Of a stretch of DNA of 32,401 bases, positions 1 to 7,271 are shown piece by piece. Position 1 is the first letter of the stretch. Every line of letters begins with the position of its first letter. Below the pieces are notes generated by a model. It was not told where the DNA came from and searched no databases. It saw nothing but the letters and a program-made list of their open reading frames with translations. The position numbers were made by a program, and so were the translations under genes. Origin of the DNA: Candidatus Bipolaricaulota bacterium (lineage in GTDB: Bacteria > Bipolaricaulota > Bipolaricaulia > UBA7950 > UBA9294); NCBI GenBank assembly GCA_040752575.1, contig JBFMGK010000037.1:1-32401 (forward strand). Reading direction: 5' to 3'.

Positions 1-408
1 CTGCTCGCCGACGATCACGCGCCGAGCCTCTTCCGGGCTCGAGTACGCGCTGTCGATCGGCAGCCAGCGCTTCCGCTCCGGCGTTCCCGGCGGGAACGAC
101 CGGAAGCCGTCCAGCTCAATCCCCGGCCGTACCGGGCAATCGAGAGGAGAGAGAGAGGGCACGAACCGAGCCGTGCAGTTCGGCGGGGCGAAGACGGCTT
201 CGGAGAGATCGCTTCCCACCTTGCGGGCGTCGATATCGAACGCTGCGGCGAACGTGATGTGCTCGGGGAGGTATCCGGCGAAGCTCCTGCTCATCAATCC
301 CGGCCTGTCGATGCCTGCACCCGAGTAGTACTGGCAGCCCTGCACAAGGGCGCTTGCGCAATTGCCTGCGCCGAACACGGCCACGCGGATCTCGCCCGTC
401 GCTGTCAT
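1..408 (-). CDS. ino1: Myo-inositol-1-phosphate (inositol-3-phosphate) synthase, 5' part; runs off the window edge
   Basis: Manual translation from ATG at 408: MTATGEIRVAVFGAGNCASALVQGCQYY...PGLMSRSFAGY...FAAAFDIDARKVGSDLSEAVFAPPNCT. This matches the Ino1 N-terminus (GxGNCAS NAD-binding motif; AAFDVDxxKVG). GGAGGGAG RBS upstream; frame open to position 1. Confidence 0.93.
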   Translation of the reverse strand, partial: MTATGEIRVAVFGAGNCASALVQGCQYYSGAGIDRPGLMSRSFAGYLPEHITFAAAFDIDARKVGSDLSEAVFAPPNCTARFVPSLSPLDCPVRPGIELDGFRSFPPGTPERKRWLPIDSAYSSPEEARRVIVGEQ

Positions 409-489
409 GGCACTCCCTCCCTGGCTCGGTCTCGGACGGCGGCGCGGCAAGTCCGGCTTGCGCGCTCCGGTCCGTCCGCGAGACGCCGG

Positions 490-1272
490 CTACGCGCTCT
501 TCCTGTCGGCATCTAGCACATCCTTGGCCCGCCGCGCGAGGTCGAACTCGACAGCTTCGCTGTCTTGCGGCGCGACCCAGAAGCGGACGAGCAAGGTCAC
601 GCTCTTCTCCTTGAGCGCGCTGACGACGACCTCGGGAGCGGGCTCGGCCAGCACGCGCCCGTCGCTGCGCGCAACCTCCTCCAGCATGCGAATGGACTCG
701 CCGATCGGCGCGCTGCGGGCGACCTCGACAGCGAGATCGGAGCGTCGGCGGTCGCGCGCCGAGTAGTTCTTGATCGTATTCGCGAAGATGATGCCGTTAG
801 GGACGAGGAGTTGGATGTTGTCCGCGGTGATGACCTCGGTCGTGAAGAGCTGGATTTCGCTGACCGTTCCCTTCACCGAGAACTTGCCCTTGTGAGGTGC
901 GGCGCCGATGTAGTCACCGACCTTGTACGGGCGGAGAATCAGGATCAGGACACCGGCAGCGAAATTGCCGAGGGCTCCCTGAAGGGCGAAGCCAAGGGCA
1001 AAGGCGATCGCACCCATCACGGCGACGAACGACGCGGTTTCGACCCCGAATCGGCCGAGCGTCGCGACGATGGCCATGACGAGCACGGCCATGTATGCCA
1101 GGCGCGCTACGAACCGGGTCACGGTCACGTCGACCTTCAGCCGAGTCAACAGCAACCGAACGACGCGGCCGGCGAGCCAGGCTGCGATGTAGCCGAGGAT
1201 CAGAATCGCCAACGCGCCGATCACGTTGCCGGCGTTCGCCCTCAACCAGTTGACCATTGCGTCCCACGACAT
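490..1272 (-). CDS. mscS: Small-conductance mechanosensitive channel, MscS family (copy 1)
   Basis: TM helices, GFALQGALGNFAAGVLILILRPYKVGD signature, VPNG...IKNYS. ATG at 1272 follows GGAGGA. Confidence 0.93.
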   Translation of the reverse strand: MSWDAMVNWLRANAGNVIGALAILILGYIAAWLAGRVVRLLLTRLKVDVTVTRFVARLAYMAVLVMAIVATLGRFGVETASFVAVMGAIAFALGFALQGALGNFAAGVLILILRPYKVGDYIGAAPHKGKFSVKGTVSEIQLFTTEVITADNIQLLVPNGIIFANTIKNYSARDRRRSDLAVEVARSAPIGESIRMLEEVARSDGRVLAEPAPEVVVSALKEKSVTLLVRFWVAPQDSEAVEFDLARRAKDVLDADRKSA

Positions 1273-1311
1273 CTCAGGTCCTCCTTCTGCACTCCGCACA
1301 CGCGTGGCGCC

Positions 1312-1317
1312 ATTCTA
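1312..1317 (-). promoter_or_regulatory. Possible internal -10 element (TAGAAT) upstream of mscS copy 1 and ino1
   Basis: TAGAAT about 40 nt before the start codon in a 126-bp gap; no convincing -35. Confidence 0.3.
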
Positions 1318-1398
1318 GGCTTGCGGTGCGCATCGGCCTAGGTCCAGTTGCGCCTGAACGAGAGCGACGGCGTGGCGGATCGCTCTGCCCGGAGCAAC

Positions 1399-2231
1399 CT
1401 AGTGGGGCGAAGCATTCGACGGCGCGGACTGCTTCAGGTGCACGACTCGTTGCGGGAACGGGATCTCGATCCCAGCCGCATCCAGCGCCTCTCTCGCCCG
1501 GCGGGTCAGTTCCGCCCGCATGATGGCGAAGGCTCCTTCGTCCATACGCCGGACCCACCCGCGAACGAGCAGGTTCACGCTTGACTTGCCGAGTTCGGTC
1601 ACGAGAACCTGCGACGCGGGCTCGGCAAGCACGCGACCATCTTCGGCGAGGACGCCACGCAGCACGCGCGAAGCCTCCTCGATCGACGCCCGTAGCTGAT
1701 GCCCAAGGCCAGATCGAGCGGCCGCGTGTCGAACGCGGAGTGATTGACGATGATGTCGCTGCCGATCTTGCCGTTCGGCACCATCACGTGAAGATTGGCC
1801 GGCGTTGTGAGGGACGTCGAGAAGAGCTGGATCTCGCGCACCGTCCCGGCGGTTCCCGCGGCGGTGATGAAGTCGCCGATCTTGTATGGCCGGAGAATCA
1901 GGATCAGTAGCCCGGCGGCGAAGTTCGCGAGCGCACCCTGCAGCGCGAAGCCGATGGCGAAGGCGAGGGCGCCGAACAGCGCGACGAACGACGCCGTCTC
2001 GACGCCGAAGCGCGCCAGGGTCGCCACGATCGCGAGCACGAGGACCGTGAAGTAGACCAGTCCTGCGACGAACCCCGTGATCGTCCTGTCGACGCGCGCA
2101 CGGACGAGCACGCGCCGGACGATTCGCTTCGCCACAACCGCCACGAGATACCCGACGACGAGAGTGCCGAGTGCTGCCAGGACATTCGGCCCCTGCGTCT
2201 CGATCCAATCGCCTACACGCTCCCAGAACAT
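1399..2231 (-). pseudogene. mscS: MscS family channel (copy 2), split by a 1-nt frameshift at about 1689-1691
   Basis: N-terminal part MFWERVGDW...GFALQGALANFAAG...PLDLALGISYG is in the 1599..2294 frame. C-terminal part ASIEEASRVL...GIEIPFPQRVVHL is in the 1399..2289 frame. Adding one G to TACGGGCG restores YGASIEE. AAGGAGG RBS. Could be an assembly error. Confidence 0.85.
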
Positions 2232-2911
2232 GGGCGCGCACCTCCTTGAACGTACTGCTCGTAGATGACTCGTATTGCGTCTCGCACAACGCATTCGACG
2301 TGCGGTTTGTGCCGAAGAATCACGGTTCGCTTCGACGTCTCCATTGCGGCGGAGAGCGCCCGGTCGAGCGACGCCAGTACGGCCGCCTTGGCTTCGCCAA
2401 TGGGGCCGTACTTGTGGGGATTCGCCCGTCGGATCTGGTCGAGATAGACGTCGACGTCGGAGACCGCGAGGTGCATGTGGAGTACGCCTGGCGGCACGTC
2501 AAGATATTGCGGGACGAGTTGGACGCCGTCGATCACGCAGTGAACGCGCTGCCCGTAGTACGTCGCAACGATCCGATTCACGACGCGGCAGAGGACGCGG
2601 GCCTGCGCGTCGAGTTGCGACGCGGGATCCTCTAGACCTAGATCGTTGTCCATCTCGCGTGCCGAGCCCGGCGCCCCGGAGGGAAGCCCGAACTCCGCCA
2701 ACGTCCTGACGATCGCTCCCAGGCCGACCCGCTGCCGGATGCACAGGCAGCGCGACAGCTCATGACAGAGGGTGGTCTTGCCGATTCCGTGGACGCCCGA
2801 GACGAGCAGAATGAGAGGATGCTGTCCGTCACCCATGCGCTCGCGAATTGCGCGAACGGCTGCGCGGACTCCCGGCCACGCAGCGGCGGATCGCTCGGCA
2901 GCATGCGTCAT
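2213..2911 (-). CDS. P-loop kinase of the 2-phosphoglycerate kinase-like family
   Basis: Walker A ILLVSGVHGIGKTTLCHELSR and VIDGVQLVP (2PGK family has IIEGVHLVP). ATG at 2911 overlaps the upstream TGA (ATGA). Confidence 0.75.
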   Translation of the reverse strand: MTHAAERSAAAWPGVRAAVRAIRERMGDGQHPLILLVSGVHGIGKTTLCHELSRCLCIRQRVGLGAIVRTLAEFGLPSGAPGSAREMDNDLGLEDPASQLDAQARVLCRVVNRIVATYYGQRVHCVIDGVQLVPQYLDVPPGVLHMHLAVSDVDVYLDQIRRANPHKYGPIGEAKAAVLASLDRALSAAMETSKRTVILRHKPHVECVVRDAIRVIYEQYVQGGARPCSGSV

Positions 2912-3750
2912 CGCACCCTCCGGTGGCCCGGAGCCGCCGACGCGCAGAGACGCTCGCCCATCGTCAGGAAGTAGTCGGCAAGGTACTCGGCTGCGTCGGG
3001 CACACCGGTACACGACCCCATCGCGGGCACATCGACGATGTACGGCCTTCCTCCGCTGAACACGATGTCGACGCCATAGAGCGTCAGGCCGAACGCCTCG
3101 CCGACTGCTAGAACGATCTCGCGAACGGCGTCCGGGACGCCGCACGGTGTGCTGTCACGATCCGGCCACGACGCGATCGGCCAGCTGCGCCAGACGCCGC
3201 AGATCCTGTCTCCGATTCGGTAGACCTTCATGAAGCGCGTCTTCCCCGGCTCCGGATGGGGGCCGTCTGGCGGGCAGTATTGCTGTACAAGCAAGGGTGC
3301 AGCGTAGAGGATGCCTTCCAGTTCGGCCTCATGGCGGACGACCCGAATGCCTTCGCCGCGGCGGCCGTCGTTCGGTTTCAGGACGACGGGGCCTGACGCG
3401 AGAAGCGCCCGGACGCTCTCGACCTGCGACACGAGATAGGTCTCCGGGACGGGAACGCCGCACGAGACGAGCGCCTGCATGACCGCCAACTTGTTCCTCA
3501 GGATCACCGTAGTCGGGTAGGAGTGCATCAGTCGCGCTCCCAGCGTGTGAAGCATTCCGCCGAGCGCGAGCGCCGAAGGGCTTCCTCCCTTCAGCAGGTA
3601 CCAGTCGTACGTGAGATGGTGATCTTTGAGGTCGACGAGGGCTGTCTCGGAGTCGATGACGTCCATTCGGACGCGCTGGTCGGCGAGCCGCTCGATGACG
3701 TCCGCCATGATCGGACTTGGCGGACGATCGACGATCATCCCGATGTTCAC
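2908..3750 (-). CDS. ATP-grasp protein (RimK-like fold with ITPK1-type motifs)
   Basis: NKL...GVPVPET, VVLKP..G..GEG, LVQQY, MKVYRIGD, FGLTLYGVDIV...YIVDV. Probable GTG start at 3750 after GAAGGGG. Confidence 0.82.
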   Translation of the reverse strand: MNIGMIVDRPPSPIMADVIERLADQRVRMDVIDSETALVDLKDHHLTYDWYLLKGGSPSALALGGMLHTLGARLMHSYPTTVILRNKLAVMQALVSCGVPVPETYLVSQVESVRALLASGPVVLKPNDGRRGEGIRVVRHEAELEGILYAAPLLVQQYCPPDGPHPEPGKTRFMKVYRIGDRICGVWRSWPIASWPDRDSTPCGVPDAVREIVLAVGEAFGLTLYGVDIVFSGGRPYIVDVPAMGSCTGVPDAAEYLADYFLTMGERLCASAAPGHRRVR

Positions 3751-3806
3751 GCGCTGCACCCCTTCGCGCATCCCCCGAGGCCGGCTCCGGCGGCGGAGTT
3801 CGCGGG

Positions 3807-3835
3807 ATGGTACTGCCCTAGGAACCCCGCGTCCA
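3807..3835 (-). promoter_or_regulatory. Putative sigma70 promoter of the ATP-grasp/kinase/mscS/ino1 operon
   Basis: TGGACG-N17-TACCAT on the minus strand, about 55 nt upstream of GTG 3750. Confidence 0.45.
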
Positions 3836-3902
3836 TAGAGGTAACTACAAAGACATGTGATCCTCGTGGCGGGAGAGCGTCGGAGCCAAGCCGGAGAGAT
3901 CC

Positions 3903-4319
3903 TTGCTCGTCGTGCTCTCGTCCGCTGCACTTGGGCAGCAGGAAGGCGCCCATCTCACGCTCGATCGATCCTTGGGTCTCGGCATCCAGGCGGAGTTCCC
4001 GTGGGGCGGCCTGATCTCGCTTCGCTACTGGACGACCCAGTGCCTCGGCGTTGAGGCGGTGGCGTTCGTTCTCTCGAACGACGGGGAGACGTCCGCGATC
4101 CTCACCGCACGAGGGCTGTACCGTGCGGTCGACGCGTCGGGCGGCGCGTCGTTCCGCATCTCGAGCCTGGGGGCGCTCCGGTGATCGGTCTCCTCGTCGG
4201 GGGGCATCGAGATCGACTTCTCGAAACGCTCTGCCTGGAACGTCGAGTTCCGGCTCTCAGCTACAGCCTACGCCGAAATCTGGACGACGTTCGGCACAGG
4301 CATTCACTCCCATTTCTAG
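3903..4319 (+). pseudogene. Degraded exported beta-strand-rich (outer-membrane beta-barrel-like) protein gene
   Basis: Signal-like LLVVLSSAALG and alternating strands (LGLGIQAEF, GLISLRYW, LGVEAVAF). In-frame TGA at 4182-4184, then the same frame continues GGIEIDF...WNVEF...GTGIHSHF-stop with a terminal Phe. No clear start or RBS. Confidence 0.5.
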
Positions 4320-4507
4320 ACGCCGCATCGACGGCGGGCCGCAGAGGCCTCAGAGTCGCGGAGCATGGCCGGGACGCGTGGCGGGACGTCGCGCCGAAAT
4401 CGCGAAGGACATGGCGAGCACGCAGAGGGGGCTGTGCGTGTTCCTTCGGCCCCGCAGCGACGGAACTCGTCTCCGACGCCCTGTCTGGTGATGTTCGCGA
4501 TGCGATC

Positions 4508-4532
4508 GCGTCGCATACAAGGTGTGCGACGC
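4508..4532. terminator. Hairpin downstream of arsM (possible terminator)
   Basis: GCGTCGCATAC-AAG-GTGTGCGACGC inverted repeat between convergent genes; no clear U-tract. Confidence 0.35.
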
Positions 4533-4585
4533 TGCGGCAACCCTATCGGGTGCCTCCATTGAGATCTCAACAGGTGTTCGCGCGT

Positions 4586-5449
4586 CTACGGTTTTGTCGC
4601 GCTGACGCTGATGCTCGACACCACGGACGTGAGGAGTCGAGCCGTTTCGTCCGTCAACCCGACGTCCTCGAGACGCAGGGCCTGGCCGTCGACCACAAGC
4701 CTCGGCGACGCCTGCTCGCCAGGCTCCTCCGCTCTGCCCGAGTCTGCAGCGCTGATGTCCTTGACGATCTCGACATCGTGGAACCCGGCGTTGCGAATTG
4801 CGCCAAGGTAGTCGTCGATCCTGGAGGCTCCGGCCAAGCAGCCGACGTAGTGTTCCATCGAGTCCCGAATGACGTCCGGCAGCTCGCCGCGCAAGACGAT
4901 GTCTGACACGAGCATCCGGCCTCCTGGTTTCAGCGCCCGGAACGCCTCGCGGAATACCTGGGGCTTGTCGGGCGAGAGATTCACGACGCAGTTCGAGATC
5001 ACAACGTCGACCGACGCGTCGGCCACCGGCAGGTGCTCGATCTCGCCGAGCCGGAACTCGACATTCGCGATGCCTTCCCGGCGAGCGTGGTCGCGCGCTC
5101 GCTCGACCATCTCCGGCGTCATGTCGACGCCGATCGCCCTTCCCGTAGGTCCGGTCCGGTCCGCGGCGAGGAAGCAGTCGATCCCCGCTCCAGATCCGAG
5201 GTCGAGGACGATCTCGCCGGGCTGCAGGCCGGCCAGAGCGGTGGGGTGCCCGCACCCGAGGCCGAGGTCGGCGCCCTGCGGAACCGAGCGGAGCTCTTCT
5301 TCGCTGTAGCCGATGGCCAGGCTCACGGGCACCGCGCCGCTCGAACAGCACCCACCGCCGCATCCCGTAGCGCACGACGTCGCGCGTTGGGCGTAGTTCT
5401 CTCGGACTGCTTTCCGGATCTCGTCGTCGCGGCTCGGACTCCTGCTCAT
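4586..5449 (-). CDS. arsM: Arsenite S-adenosylmethionine methyltransferase
   Basis: N-terminal Cys cluster (CATGCGGGCC), [49 protein letters not shown]. Confidence 0.93.
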   Translation of the reverse strand: MSRSPSRDDEIRKAVRENYAQRATSCATGCGGGCCSSGAVPVSLAIGYSEEELRSVPQGADLGLGCGHPTALAGLQPGEIVLDLGSGAGIDCFLAADRTGPTGRAIGVDMTPEMVERARDHARREGIANVEFRLGEIEHLPVADASVDVVISNCVVNLSPDKPQVFREAFRALKPGGRMLVSDIVLRGELPDVIRDSMEHYVGCLAGASRIDDYLGAIRNAGFHDVEIVKDISAADSGRAEEPGEQASPRLVVDGQALRLEDVGLTDETARLLTSVVSSISVSATKP

Positions 5450-5456
5450 GTTGTGG

Positions 5457-5726
5457 TCACTCTCCCTGGGTTCCTTCCGTGGCGACGCGCATCATCACGC
5501 GAACGCCGTCAGCCAGTTCGTCGGCTTTCACGAGCACGAGGCAGCAGACTCTTCCGCCGGACTCAACCGTTGTGAGCGCGAGTCGATCGCCGGCTGCAAG
5601 GCCCATCCGATCTCGGACGTCCTTGGGGAGAACCATCTGGCCTCGTTCGTCGACGCGAACGATCGCGGAGACCTGGCAGCGCTCGCCGCATCCCGATCTT
5701 GTGCTTCGCTCGGTGTCCTTGCCCAT
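5457..5726 (-). CDS. hgcC: AbrB/MazE-fold small protein of the HgcAB-associated (HgcC-like) type
   Basis: [25 protein letters not shown] is the AbrB fold. [12 protein letters not shown] and N-terminal cysteines are typical of the HgcC-type subfamily. GGAGG RBS. Confidence 0.72.
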   Translation of the reverse strand: MGKDTERSTRSGCGERCQVSAIVRVDERGQMVLPKDVRDRMGLAAGDRLALTTVESGGRVCCLVLVKADELADGVRVMMRVATEGTQGE

Positions 5727-5740
5727 CGGGACCTCCGACG

Positions 5741-5795
5741 TTGATTAATCTGACGAATCAGAATCCTATGATACGCGCGGATCCACCTCGGTCAA
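5741..5795 (-). promoter_or_regulatory. Promoter and candidate operator of hgcC-arsM
   Basis: TTGACC-N16-TATCAT (5795-5768), followed by an AT-rich leader GATTCTGATTCGTCAGATTAATCAA with GATT repeats and the palindrome GATTAATC. Confidence 0.55.
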
Positions 5796-5873
5796 GTCGC
5801 GGGGAGCATGGACGCGGGGCATCGCCTCGGGGGGGGGCAGCAACGGCCGCTTGGTACCGGCCCACCGACCGGC

Positions 5874-5942
5874 ACCGCGGACTTCAGGCTCCAGACCCCG
5901 GACCACGAACTCCGTACCCAGACTACGGACCACGGACTCCAC
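5874..5942. repeat. Imperfect heptamer tandem repeat (consensus about ACyNCrG, about 10 units)
   Basis: ACCGCGG ACTTCAG GCTCCAG ACCCCGG ACCACGA ACTCCGT ACCCAG ACTACGG ACCACGG ACTCCAC. Confidence 0.7.
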
Positions 5943-6282
5943 TCTCACCAAATACGTCCTTCATCACCTCCATTGCGAAGCGGGCTCGAACGGTCGTCGC
6001 GCCATTCCCCATCATGATGGCCACGTCGATCGCCTCGAGAACTTCCTCGAACGTAGCGCCGTGCTCGACGGCTTTCTCGATATGCCACTGCATGCACGAC
6101 TCGCAGTCGATGACGACGGAGATCCCGACCGCGATCAACTCCTTGTGCTTCCGAAGGAGCGCGGCGTCCGACATGATCGGTTCCTCCATGTCGGCGACGG
6201 CCCTGTAGCCCTTCGACTTGTGGGCCACAAACCATGCGAAGGCCTCTTTGCGCGTCTGCTCGATCTCTCTTAGTCGATCCAC
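5923..6282 (-). CDS. Carboxymuconolactone decarboxylase / AhpD family protein
   Basis: KHKELIAVGISVVIDCESCMQWHIEKAVEHGATFEEVLEAI contains the CxxC..H AhpD core. GTG at 6282 after GGGAGG. Confidence 0.88.
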   Translation of the reverse strand: MDRLREIEQTRKEAFAWFVAHKSKGYRAVADMEEPIMSDAALLRKHKELIAVGISVVIDCESCMQWHIEKAVEHGATFEEVLEAIDVAIMMGNGATTVRARFAMEVMKDVFGESGVRGP

Positions 6283-6389
6283 GGTCCCAGCCTCCCGGTC
6301 GTGCAAATTGCCGTTGGCGCCGCGATGCCGATCGCGAAGCCGCCAGGGTACGGGGCGATCGTGCTTGGTTCCGGGCACCGACTCCAGCC

Positions 6390-7271
6390 TCACCGCGCGT
6401 CGAGCCACGTGTCGATAAGATGGCGGGCGATCGACTTGGCTGTCGGGAGGGCAAGCGTGCCGCGCGCGACGTGTTCGCGTACTTCCTCGCGCGTGAACCA
6501 GGCCGCACCCTCGATCTCGCGGTCGTCGATCGTCAGACGATCCGACTCCGCCCGTGCGGTGAACGCGACCATGAGGCTCATCGGGAACGGCCACGGCTGC
6601 GATCCAACGTACTCGACATGCGTAAGAACCAGGCCGACTTCTTCCTTGACCTCGCGCCGCACCGCATCCTCGAGCGACTCGCCGGGCTCCACAAAGCCCG
6701 CAAGCACGGAACGCAGGCCCTGCCTCCATGAGGCCCCGCGCGCAAGGAGGCAACGCTCTCCGTGGGTCACGCGGACGATCACCGCCGGATCGGAGCGCGG
6801 GTAACTCAAAGCGCCGCACGAGGCGGCCGTGCACCGACGTATGTAGCCGGCGCTTTGCATCTCGGTGTCGGCTCCGCAAGCGGGGCAGTGGCGCGCTCCC
6901 GCATTCCAGGCGAGAAGGGCTCGCGCCTGAGCCAGCAGGGACCAGATGTCTTCGTCGACCGGCCCCTGGATCGACGCAAGAGTGACGAACCGGCCGAGCT
7001 CTTCGAGCGGCGGGCGCAGGGCCTTGGCCGGCGGCCCCACGTCGACGGCAAGCCAGACCTCCTTGCCTGCGAGGCCAAGGAGAATGGCAGAGTTCGTTGG
7101 CACGCCGCGGCGCGCCAGGTCGTCGGCCGTTACCCGCGCCGGGTGGGACTCGGAACCCGGCGCGAGGAGGACGTCGGATCCGGCGAACACGACGAAGCGC
7201 GAAGCTTCGCCGTTCCGTACCGACTCGAGGAACTCAGCATCCGCGCGACGTGACTCCACTCGGTCGATCAT
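6390..7271 (-). CDS. nudC: NAD(H) diphosphatase / NAD-cap decapping Nudix enzyme
   Basis: Zn ribbon CPACG...CTAASC, Nudix box AGFVEPGESLEDAVRREVKEEVG, SQPWPFP motif. ATG at 7271 overlaps the MFS stop; AAAGGAG RBS. Confidence 0.93.
   Translation of the reverse strand: MIDRVESRRADAEFLESVRNGEASRFVVFAGSDVLLAPGSESHPARVTADDLARRGVPTNSAILLGLAGKEVWLAVDVGPPAKALRPPLEELGRFVTLASIQGPVDEDIWSLLAQARALLAWNAGARHCPACGADTEMQSAGYIRRCTAASCGALSYPRSDPAVIVRVTHGERCLLARGASWRQGLRSVLAGFVEPGESLEDAVRREVKEEVGLVLTHVEYVGSQPWPFPMSLMVAFTARAESDRLTIDDREIEGAAWFTREEVREHVARGTLALPTAKSIARHLIDTWLDAR

Noticed and set aside
142..159. GA-rich microsatellite as a phase-variation tract
   Set aside because: It is short, imperfect and lies in frame within ino1 (encodes PSLSPL).
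1685..1700. Programmed ribosomal frameshift in mscS copy 2
   Set aside because: No X-XXY-YYZ slippery heptamer at the shift site.
2908..3750. RiPP (graspetide) cluster or rimK/lysX assignment
   Set aside because: No precursor peptide or LysW-like carrier nearby, and the motifs deviate from the DxR/ExN ligase pattern.
4182..4184. In-frame TGA as selenocysteine or readthrough
   Set aside because: There is no redox-motif context or evident SECIS; shifts at the flanking G-runs explain it better.
4586..5726. Mercury methylation capacity
   Set aside because: No hgcA cap-helix motif or hgcB ferredoxin in the window; an HgcC-like gene alone is not evidence.
5874..5942. CRISPR array
   Set aside because: The units are 7 bp with no unique spacers, and there are no cas genes.
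6283..6879. Long N-terminal extension of the CMD ORF (318 aa)
   Set aside because: It overlaps nudC in another frame; the RBS supports GTG at 6282.
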